This document shows, one piece after another, positions 1 through 7,555 of a DNA stretch of 64,000 nucleotides. This stretch comes from Bryobacteraceae bacterium. GTDB taxonomy: Bacteria > Acidobacteriota > Terriglobia > Bryobacterales > Bryobacteraceae. The first letter of the stretch is position 1; each line of letters opens with the position of its first letter. Made by a program: the position numbers and the translations under genes. The DNA lies in NCBI GenBank assembly GCA_035604115.1, contig DATNJC010000230.1, forward strand, positions 1,522-65,521. The letters run 5' to 3'. The notes under the pieces were generated by a model. It saw only the letters and a program-made list of their open reading frames with translations. It had not been told where the DNA came from and ran no database searches.

Positions 1-1
1 C

Positions 2-808
2 ATGATCACCGGAGCCGGCCTGAACATCGCCGCGCAAATCGGCAAGGACGGAGTCCTGCTGGTCGACACCATGCCCCCCGCGCGCGTCCCCAACATCGTG
101 GCCGAGCTCCGCAAGCTAACCGACCAACCCATCCGCTACGTAGTCGACACCAGCCTGACCCCGGACCACGTAAGCGGCAACGACGCGCTAATCCCCTTCG
201 GCGCCACCGGAGCAACGCAAGTAGCCGGCGGAGGCCCCACCATCATCGCCCACGAAAACGTCCTGAACCGCATGACCACGCCGGTCAAGAGCGCTCAGAC
301 CCCGCCCCCGCAGCGCGGCCTGCCCAACGACGAATATTTCACGCCCACCAAGGACCTGTACTTCAACGGAGAGCCCGTAGTAGTGATCCACGAACCCGCC
401 GCGCACACCGACGGCGACAGCATAGTGCTATTCCGCCGCTCGGACGTAATCGCCGCCGGCGACATCTTCACGCCCGACCGCTACCCCGAGATCGACCTAG
501 CCCACGGAGGCAGCGTAAAAGGTTTGCTAGACGCACTGAATCACCTGCTGCACCTCACGGTCCCCGAGCGCCTGCAAGACGGAGGCACAAGAGTAATCCC
601 CGGCCACGGCCGCCTATGCAACGAAGCCGACGTAGTCGAATACCGCGACATGGTGACGATAGTCCGCGACCGCATCCAAGCGAGCCTCAAGAAAGGCATG
701 ACCCTCCAGCAAGTCAAGGCGTCCAAACCCACGCTAGACTACGACAATCAATACGGCCCAGGCGACGCCTTCATCGAGACCGTCTACAAAAGCCTAGGAG
801 ACAAGTAG
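2..808 (+). CDS. MBL-fold metallo-hydrolase, 5' end cut by window edge
   Basis: 268-aa ORF. Motifs 'AAHTDGDSIV' and 'VIPGHG' fit the metallo-beta-lactamase fold. High-GC third codon positions. Confidence 0.7.
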   Translation: MITGAGLNIAAQIGKDGVLLVDTMPPARVPNIVAELRKLTDQPIRYVVDTSLTPDHVSGNDALIPFGATGATQVAGGGPTIIAHENVLNRMTTPVKSAQTPPPQRGLPNDEYFTPTKDLYFNGEPVVVIHEPAAHTDGDSIVLFRRSDVIAAGDIFTPDRYPEIDLAHGGSVKGLLDALNHLLHLTVPERLQDGGTRVIPGHGRLCNEADVVEYRDMVTIVRDRIQASLKKGMTLQQVKASKPTLDYDNQYGPGDAFIETVYKSLGDK

Positions 809-810
809 CC

Positions 811-1644
811 ATGCGCACAACCCCGTGGAGCAGGCTTCAGCCTGCAACGGAGGCTTCAGCCTCCGTCCGGATGTGTCTCCAGATTTGCCTAGTGATGCTC
901 CTGCAAGCGCCCGCGTTCGCCCAGCCCCCAGGTCCCCCCCAACCCCCGCGCTCCCCCCGAGCCGCCGCCCCCGTCGATCTAACCGGCTACTGGGTCTCGG
1001 TAGTCAGCGAAGACTGGCGCTGGCGCATGGTAACCCCGCTAAAAGGCGATTTCGCCGGCGTCCCAGTAAACGCCGCCGCCCGCAAGGTAGGCGAGTCCTG
1101 GAACCCAGCCCAAGACGAAGCCGCCGGCGAGCAGTGCAAATCCTACGGCGCACCCGCCATCATGCGAGTCCCCGGCCGCGTCCACATCACCTGGCAGGAC
1201 GACAGCACCCTGAAGCTCGAAACCGACTCCGGCCAGCAGACCCGCCTATTGGATTTCAACGGCGCGTCCAAAGAGATCCAAGCGATCCCCAGTTGGCAGG
1301 GCTTCTCGACCGCCAACTGGGAGCGCCCACCCAACGGCGTCGAGGTTCCCGACAACTTCCCCGTCTTCTCCACCCGCACCGGCACGCGAGGCCGCTCGCT
1401 AGAAGTAGTGACCACCCATCTGCGCCCCGGCTACCTCCGCAAAAACGGAGTCCCCTACAGCGCCCAAACCATACTCAACGAATACTTCGACTATCACAAA
1501 GAATCCAACGGCGACGAGTGGTTCACCGTAACCACCATCGTCAAAGACCCCGTGTATCTAACCGGCCCCTACATCACCAGCACAGATTTCAAGAAGGAGC
1601 GAGACGGCTCGAAATGGGACCCGACACCCTGCACAGCCCGATGA
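811..1644 (+). CDS. Secreted hypothetical protein, distant member of the 'WEG..L.V.TT' family seen at 26-33 kb
   Basis: In-frame ATG at 811 (alternative ATG at 871) within ORF 616-1644. Signal-like 'LVMLLQAPAFAQ'. Motifs 'DLTGYWVSV' and 'SLEVVTTHL'. The start is uncertain because a hairpin repeat lies at 830-865. Confidence 0.6.
   Translation: MRTTPWSRLQPATEASASVRMCLQICLVMLLQAPAFAQPPGPPQPPRSPRAAAPVDLTGYWVSVVSEDWRWRMVTPLKGDFAGVPVNAAARKVGESWNPAQDEAAGEQCKSYGAPAIMRVPGRVHITWQDDSTLKLETDSGQQTRLLDFNGASKEIQAIPSWQGFSTANWERPPNGVEVPDNFPVFSTRTGTRGRSLEVVTTHLRPGYLRKNGVPYSAQTILNEYFDYHKESNGDEWFTVTTIVKDPVYLTGPYITSTDFKKERDGSKWDPTPCTAR
830..865. repeat. REP-like pair of GC-rich hairpins (gcaggcTTCAgcctgc, ggaggcTTCAgcctcc)
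   Basis: Two perfect 6-bp stems with 4-nt loops, read directly. Related hairpin clusters occur at 1703-1738, 17030-17118 and 20922-20957. Confidence 0.7.
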
Positions 1645-2759
1645 ACAACCCGATGACCCCACGCGATCCACTACTCTTGAAGCCCGCACAATCCCTTGTG
1701 GGGCAGGTTGTAAACCTGCGGCGGGTTGGCAACCCGCCTGCCGAAGCCGGTAAAACGCCGCCCAGCGCCGGTGATCAACCGGCGCGCAGGACGTCATCCT
1801 GCCCCACGTCATCCTGCCCCACGTCATCCTGCCCCACATCCTCGCTGCGGCGTCACGGTTCCCTGGCAGCCTCCATAGCCGCCGCGTTTCTCGCCCTACC
1901 CGCCTTCGCCCAAATCGACCTAACCGGCGAATGGGCCCCCGCCTATCACGAAGACGCCCCCGAACGCCTCCCCGGCCCCGAGCTAGGCGACTACATGGGC
2001 ATCCCCCTAAACGCCGCCGCCCGCCTCCGCGCCGACAGCTACGACGCCGACCGCATCTCAGTGGTCAACGAATACCAATGCCGCCCGCACTCCTCCGATT
2101 ACGGCATGCGCGGCCTAGGCAACCTGCGCGTGTGGCGCGAAATCAATCCCAAGAATCAGGAAGTCGTAGCGTTCCACACCTACATGCCCGCCTGGGGCAG
2201 CGAGCGCACCATCTGGATGGACAACCGCCCCCACCCGCCCGACTACGCCGAGCACACCTTCCAAGGTTTCTCGACCGGCGTGTGGGAAGGCAACATGCTG
2301 ACCATCACCACTACACATCTCAAGGCCAATTACTACCGCCGCAACGGCGTAGCGAGCAGCGACAAGCGCACAGTAACCGAACACTGGACCCGCCACGGCG
2401 ACTTCCTAACGGTGATCGTGGTCGAAAACGATCCAGTGATGCTGACCGAGCCATGGGTCCGCAGCGAGAACTGGTACCTCGACCCCGGCCAGAAGCTCTC
2501 CTCGTTCCAGTGCGAATACCAACCCGAAGTCCCCGCGCCGGTAGGCACCGTTCCGCACCACCTACCCGGCACGAATCCATTTCTCACGGAAGTAGCCGAC
2601 TGGTACGGCCTCCCCCGCGAAGCCACCAGAGGCGGCGCCGAAACCATGTACCCCGAATTTCGCAAGAAGATGAGCAAGCCCGCAGTCGAGCCCCCCGCGC
2701 ACTGCGAGCGCTTCTGCGTCTGCACGACGCTAGTCGACTGCCAACTGCACGGCCGGTAG
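1641..2759 (+). CDS. Hypothetical exported or membrane-anchored protein, paralog-like to 811-1644
   Basis: ATG at 1641 overlaps the upstream stop (ATGA). An internal signal/anchor 'LAASIAAAFLALPAFAQ' is followed by 'DLTGEWAPAYHED' and 'GVWEGNMLTITTTHL'. The first ~70 codons contain hairpin and tandem repeats, so the true start may lie downstream. Confidence 0.6.
   Translation: MNNPMTPRDPLLLKPAQSLVGQVVNLRRVGNPPAEAGKTPPSAGDQPARRTSSCPTSSCPTSSCPTSSLRRHGSLAASIAAAFLALPAFAQIDLTGEWAPAYHEDAPERLPGPELGDYMGIPLNAAARLRADSYDADRISVVNEYQCRPHSSDYGMRGLGNLRVWREINPKNQEVVAFHTYMPAWGSERTIWMDNRPHPPDYAEHTFQGFSTGVWEGNMLTITTTHLKANYYRRNGVASSDKRTVTEHWTRHGDFLTVIVVENDPVMLTEPWVRSENWYLDPGQKLSSFQCEYQPEVPAPVGTVPHHLPGTNPFLTEVADWYGLPREATRGGAETMYPEFRKKMSKPAVEPPAHCERFCVCTTLVDCQLHGR
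1703..1738. repeat. REP-like hairpin pair (gcaggttGTAaacctgc, gcgggttGGCaacccgc)
   Basis: Two adjacent 7-bp perfect stems read directly from the sequence. Confidence 0.65.
1791..1840. repeat. 15-bp tandem repeat, 3 copies plus a partial copy (acgtcatcctgcccc)
   Basis: Three exact consecutive units at 1791-1835 plus a partial fourth. In the CDS frame they encode (TSSCP)x3. Confidence 0.9.
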
Positions 2760-2769
2760 AGGATTCCCC

Positions 2770-4140
2770 ATGCCTCAACAAACCGTCGACGTCTCGGAAA
2801 TCATCGAGCGTCAGAAGCTCAGCGGGTTCTTGATCGGCCTGGTGCTGGTCTCCTGGCTCATCACCTTCTTCGACGGCTTCGACACCAACCTGATCAGCTT
2901 CGCCTCGCCGTACCTCGCGACCGCGTATCACCTGAGCCGCATCGAGCTCGGCCACATTTTCGCGATGGGTCTAATGGGCACGCTCATCGGCGGATTCGTG
3001 TTCGGCTACATCGGCGACCGCATCGGCCGCCGCCCCGCCGTGATCCTGGCCACGGCCGCGTTCGGCGTGCTGACCATGTGCTTCGCCTTCGCCAACGGCT
3101 ACTGGCCCTTCTTCTTGCTGCGCCTGATCGCCGGCATTCCGCTCGGAGGCATGTTGCCGCTGGCGTGGTCGCTCAACATGGAGTACGTTCCCAAGCGCTA
3201 CCGCACCACCATCGTGACCATCATCATGATGGGCTTCTCGCTCGGCACCGGGTTCGCCGGGCCCATCGCGGTGTGGCTGATTCCGAAGCTGGGATGGCAG
3301 GCGGTGTTCGTGCTAGGCGGCGCGGTGGCGCTGGCCTGCGCGGGGATTCTGTTCTTCCTGCTGCCCGAATCGATTCGCTTCCTGGCGAGCAAGCAGCGCT
3401 CGCCCCAACGCATCGCCAGCGTGCTCGCGAAGATCGCGCCGGGTGAACAGTTCAGCGCCGGCGCGCAGTACATCGCCGGCGACGAACCGACCATCCGCAA
3501 GGACTTCAAACCCTCCATGCTGTTCCAAGGCGAGCTGCTCAAGATCACGCCGCTGATCTGGCTGGCCTACATCGCCAGCTCCTTCGCCGTCTACTTCCTG
3601 GTGAATTGGACCCCACTGGTCTTCGAAGCCCTGCAATTCACCCGCTCCGAGGCCGCCACCGCCGCATCGCTCACGTCCATCATGGGCGCGTTCGGAGGAC
3701 TCACCCTCATGCGCTTCACCGACCGCCATGGCGCCAACGCCATCACCATCATGCCGGTGATCACGATGGCGCTGTTGTTCACCGCGACCTTCGCCGGCCT
3801 CCCTCACAAGAGTTTTCAAGTGCTGAACGCGTGCATCGGCTTCTTCCTCATCGGAGGACACTTCGGAGTGCTCAGCGTGTGCGGCGTCTTTTACCCCAGC
3901 GCGTTTCGAGGCAACGGGACCGGATGGGCCAGCAGCATGTCCAAGATCGGCTCGGTCGCTGGACCGCTGGTCGGCGGCTACGTGCTCTCCACGCACTTGC
4001 CCGTGCGCTACGTGTTCGCGGTTTTGGCGATCTGCCCCGCCATCTTCGCGACGTGCATCTTTGCGGTGGGGCGGATTCATAGCCGCATGCTGGGGCGAGA
4101 GGCGCTGGTGGAACTAGAGGAAGCCAGACTTGCTTCGTAG
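2770..4140 (+). CDS. MFS transporter (aromatic-acid/sugar-acid:H+ symporter-like)
   Basis: 456 aa and about 12 hydrophobic segments. MFS loop motif 'GDRIGRRPAV'. Confidence 0.85.
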   Translation: MPQQTVDVSEIIERQKLSGFLIGLVLVSWLITFFDGFDTNLISFASPYLATAYHLSRIELGHIFAMGLMGTLIGGFVFGYIGDRIGRRPAVILATAAFGVLTMCFAFANGYWPFFLLRLIAGIPLGGMLPLAWSLNMEYVPKRYRTTIVTIIMMGFSLGTGFAGPIAVWLIPKLGWQAVFVLGGAVALACAGILFFLLPESIRFLASKQRSPQRIASVLAKIAPGEQFSAGAQYIAGDEPTIRKDFKPSMLFQGELLKITPLIWLAYIASSFAVYFLVNWTPLVFEALQFTRSEAATAASLTSIMGAFGGLTLMRFTDRHGANAITIMPVITMALLFTATFAGLPHKSFQVLNACIGFFLIGGHFGVLSVCGVFYPSAFRGNGTGWASSMSKIGSVAGPLVGGYVLSTHLPVRYVFAVLAICPAIFATCIFAVGRIHSRMLGREALVELEEARLAS

Positions 4141-5815
4141 CAACCGAGTCAACAATCCCATGCGGCGGGCGCAATGGCTGGCGCTCGGCCTCTCCGACGA
4201 GGACATGCAGAAGCCCAAGATCGCCGTCGTCAACTCCTCGTCCGAACTGGCGATCTGCTTCAGCCACCTCGATGGCATAGCCGCCGTGGTCAAGCAAGCC
4301 GTGCGCGAGGCCGGCGGCCTACCTTTCGAGATCCGCACCACCGCGCCCAGCGACTTCATCATCAATTCCGGACGCGGCGGCAACTACATTCTGCCCAGCC
4401 GCGACCTGCTCACCAACGACATCGAAGTCACGGTGGAAGGCGCGCAGCTCGACGGCATGATCTGCCTGGCCTCCTGCGACAAAACGCTGCCCGGGCAGGT
4501 GATGGCCGCGGCGCGCTTGAACATTCCCACCATCATCGTAATCTGCGGGTATCAGCAGAGCGGGGAAGTGCGCGGCGCGCATTGCGATATCGAGGACGTG
4601 TTCGTGGCCTCGGCCGCCGCCGCCATGGGACGCATTTCGCAAGACGAACTCCGCGAAATGAGCGCCAACGCGATCCGCAGTCCCGGCGTCTGTTCGGGTC
4701 TGGGCACGGCGAACACCATGCATTCGGTGTGCGAAGCGCTGGGCATGTGTCTGCCCGGCGCGGCTCCTGTGCGCGCGAACAGCGAGAAGATGTTCGACTA
4801 CGCCCGCCGCTCCGGCGCGCGCATCGTTGAAATGGTCAACGAAGACCTGCGCCCGCGCGCCATCCTGACGCCGGCCGCGTTCGCCAACGCCGTGTCGATG
4901 GTGCTGGCGATCAGCGGATCCATCAACGCCATCAAGCACCTTCAAGCCATCGCCATCGAAGGCCAGGTGGACGTGGACATCTACAAGCTCTTCGACGAGA
5001 TCGGCCGCCAGATCCCGGTGCTGTGCGCCATCCGCCCCAACGGCGACCATCCTATCGAAGCGTTCGAAGACGCCGGCGGCGCACGCGCCGTGATGAAGCG
5101 CCTCGAACCGCTTCTCCCGACCTGGGCGCTGACCGTAACCGGCCGCACGCTGGCGGAGAATCTGGCCGGCGTGACGGTCGCCGATCCCGAAGTCATCCGC
5201 CCGCTCGACAATCCGTATTCGCGCGAACCGGCCATCGTGCTGCTGCGCGGCTCGCTCGCGCCCGGATGCGGCGTCGTGAAGATCGGATTGCGCGGCGAAG
5301 GCCGTCCTACCCAATTCCGCGGTCCCGCGAAAGTGTTCGAGGACCGCGGGCCCGCCCTCGAAGCCATCCGCACGGGCCGCATTCAAGCCGGCGACGTCCT
5401 GGTGCTGCGCGGCGACGGAGTCAAAAGCGGGCCCGGCATGGGCGGCGCGGCCAACATGGCCGTGTTCGCGCTCGACGGCGTCGGTCTCGCGCTCAAGGTG
5501 GCGGTGGTTACCGACGGCCAGATGTCCGGGCTCGCCAACAAAGGGCTAGTCGTCGCCGAAATCGAACCGGAGGCTGGCGTGCCCGGCCCGCTCGCCGTCA
5601 TCCGCGACGGCGACATCGTGTCGATCGACTTGGCTCTACGCCGGATCGATTTGGAAGTCCCTGCGGCTGAGCTCACAGCGCGCATCCAGCAAACTCCGCC
5701 CTTGCAGAAACCCGACGGCCGCGGCTGGCTGTCGATCTACCGCCGCACGGCGCTATCGCTCGACCAAGGCGCGTCACTCGCCCCCGCACCCGCTCCAGTG
5801 AAAACGGTACTTTAG
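4130..5815 (+). CDS. IlvD/Edd family dehydratase (dihydroxy-acid or sugar-acid dehydratase)
   Basis: 561 aa. Family motifs 'KPKIAVVNS', 'LASCDKTLPG' and 'TDGQMSG'. TTG start at 4130; alternative ATG at 4160. Confidence 0.9.
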   Translation: MLRSNRVNNPMRRAQWLALGLSDEDMQKPKIAVVNSSSELAICFSHLDGIAAVVKQAVREAGGLPFEIRTTAPSDFIINSGRGGNYILPSRDLLTNDIEVTVEGAQLDGMICLASCDKTLPGQVMAAARLNIPTIIVICGYQQSGEVRGAHCDIEDVFVASAAAAMGRISQDELREMSANAIRSPGVCSGLGTANTMHSVCEALGMCLPGAAPVRANSEKMFDYARRSGARIVEMVNEDLRPRAILTPAAFANAVSMVLAISGSINAIKHLQAIAIEGQVDVDIYKLFDEIGRQIPVLCAIRPNGDHPIEAFEDAGGARAVMKRLEPLLPTWALTVTGRTLAENLAGVTVADPEVIRPLDNPYSREPAIVLLRGSLAPGCGVVKIGLRGEGRPTQFRGPAKVFEDRGPALEAIRTGRIQAGDVLVLRGDGVKSGPGMGGAANMAVFALDGVGLALKVAVVTDGQMSGLANKGLVVAEIEPEAGVPGPLAVIRDGDIVSIDLALRRIDLEVPAAELTARIQQTPPLQKPDGRGWLSIYRRTALSLDQGASLAPAPAPVKTVL

Positions 5816-5820
5816 AAACT

Positions 5821-6429
5821 GTGCCGGTCGACAAACTCCTGGGAGGCGTCTCCCGATTCCAAAAGCACATTTATCCCCAGCATCAGGACCTGTTTGAGAA
5901 ACTGGCGCTAGGCCAGCGGCCCGAAGCGTTGTTCATCACCTGCGCGGATTCCCGCATCGACCCTTGCCTGCTGACGCAAACCAAACCCGGCGAGCTGTTC
6001 ATCTGCCGCGTGATCGGCAACATCGTGCCACCGTACCCCGACGCGATCGGCGGCGTGTCGGCCACCATCGAATACGCGGTGGGCGTGCTGCGGGTGCCGG
6101 AGGTGATCGTTTGCGGCCACACCGATTGCGGCGTCATGCGCGGCGCGCTGAATCCCGAGCCGCTGGCGGCGTTCGCCAACGTGGCGGCTTGGCTGCGCTA
6201 TGCCAACGTGGAACACCGCGAGTCCGCGCCGAGCGCCGAAGCGCTGCTGGCGCTGACGGAACGGAATGTGGTCGCACAACTGGAGAACCTGCGCTCGCAC
6301 CCCGCAGTCGCGGCGCGGCTGGAAGCAGGCGATCTGGCGCTGCATGGGTGGGTCTATCACATCGGTCCGGGCACAGTGACGGTCTTTGAGGAGCAGACGC
6401 GGAAGTTCGAGACGCCGGCTTCCGGCTGA
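5821..6429 (+). CDS. Beta-class carbonic anhydrase
   Basis: 202 aa with GTG start. Zinc-ligand motifs 'CADSRIDP' and 'GHTDCG'. Confidence 0.9.
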   Translation: MPVDKLLGGVSRFQKHIYPQHQDLFEKLALGQRPEALFITCADSRIDPCLLTQTKPGELFICRVIGNIVPPYPDAIGGVSATIEYAVGVLRVPEVIVCGHTDCGVMRGALNPEPLAAFANVAAWLRYANVEHRESAPSAEALLALTERNVVAQLENLRSHPAVAARLEAGDLALHGWVYHIGPGTVTVFEEQTRKFETPASG

Positions 6430-6437
6430 TGTGGAAC

Positions 6438-7076
6438 TCAGGGTTTACTGTGAACGCCGCTCTTTGAACTCATGTTCGGTCCCCAGGCTCGAATGTCGGA
6501 CGAAAAACTGTTGGAGTCGCAGTCCGGGTGGACTTCGAAGCCTTGGGAGTCAAAATAGGTTCTTCCTCTGGTCACCTTGCCTTTGGCGCTCACTGTGAAG
6601 CACCAGTAGATCTCGGTTTGAAAACCGAACACCTTGACTTCGAAGGCATCGCTGATTGCGTCCAGTAGATTCTGGCCGCTGCCCGCGTCGCAGGCGTAAA
6701 GAGTAATGCTCCCGTCTTCGGTGAACCGGTCTTTCACGGCCTTGATCTTGCTTAAGTTGGCCTTGATGGTGTCCTCGAAGATCAGACTATCCTGGGCGAA
6801 GTGGATATTATCACCCACGATCCTTCCTGCGAGCGCGAAGACGGAGCGGTTGGCGTGGCCGATCAAGCCCAGCGCGGCGATCGACCCCGGCTTCTCTTTC
6901 CCGATGATCTCGACCACCTGCGCGAGGGTCAGCGCTTCGCCGGAGGACCCTCCGGACATCGCGGCCGTCGCCCGAAAATCGTCGATCGACGGAAACCATT
7001 GCTTGGCGTCGGAAGCTGCGAGTTCGTCTTTCGCGTTCCTGAACTGGTTGGGGTAGCCTTTGGCAAGGATCAGCAT
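6438..7076 (-). CDS. Hypothetical protein in a visibly lower-GC patch; DUF4347-like/caspase-like His...Cys pattern
   Basis: 212 aa. RBS gaggagacagaATG. 'LGLIGHAN' and 'ITLYACDAGSG' resemble the DUF4347/CHAT-type arrangement (recollection only, no search run). Confidence 0.6.
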   Translation of the reverse strand: MLILAKGYPNQFRNAKDELAASDAKQWFPSIDDFRATAAMSGGSSGEALTLAQVVEIIGKEKPGSIAALGLIGHANRSVFALAGRIVGDNIHFAQDSLIFEDTIKANLSKIKAVKDRFTEDGSITLYACDAGSGQNLLDAISDAFEVKVFGFQTEIYWCFTVSAKGKVTRGRTYFDSQGFEVHPDCDSNSFSSDIRAWGPNMSSKSGVHSKP

Positions 7077-7163
7077 TCTGTCTCCTCAGACGGGCTTCGC
7101 AATCCTGGCCGCCCCAATGGTTTGCGCGGAGGTTGCGGGAGAATTGGCGCCAAACCCGTCTGT

Positions 7164-7445
7164 TCATTGAAGTATACTTCGCCACGCCGAAGCCACGATT
7201 CCGGTTGAGTAAGGGATGTGCATCCATCCATTCGGGCCATATTCGATGCCGGTATCGGGCATGGTAACCTGAGGCGGCATGAACACAGCGCGCAAGGTCA
7301 GGCTGGAGGCGCTGCGGATTTTATCGAGAAGGCGCAACGAGCCATCGGCGCAGGCGCCGACTTCCAGTCCGCTCGTGCCGCCCTGAAGCTCGGTCCGGCG
7401 TCGCAGGCCTGCGCGCGGCTGCGCGAACTGCGGGGCAAGGTTCAC
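7164..7445 (-). CDS. Possible small hypothetical protein upstream of 6438-7076
   Basis: 93-aa ORF with GTG start and fairly high GC3. The overlapping + strand ORF 7218-7484 is about equally plausible, and no homology was recognised for either. Confidence 0.25.
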   Translation of the reverse strand: MNLAPQFAQPRAGLRRRTELQGGTSGLEVGACADGSLRLLDKIRSASSLTLRAVFMPPQVTMPDTGIEYGPNGWMHIPYSTGIVASAWRSILQ

Positions 7446-7555
7446 TTCGAGCGCGCGTTTGCGGAGCTTAAGGCCGACCGCTAGTCGCGGATGGTTTGCT
7501 AGTTTTCACCCCGGCCTCATTTCGCGCCGATATGATCATATAGGTCGGAGGATGC

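Noticed and set aside
825-1640. N-terminal 272 codons of ORF 825-2759
   Set aside because: This part overlaps gene 811-1644 in another frame and is Arg/Pro-rich. The credible coding part starts at or after 1641.
7218-7484. 88-aa + strand ORF overlapping the 93-aa minus ORF
   Set aside because: There is no RBS or recognisable motif, and its GC3 is similar to that of the opposite frame. I cannot choose between them, so I listed only the minus ORF, which is co-oriented with 6438-7076, at low confidence.
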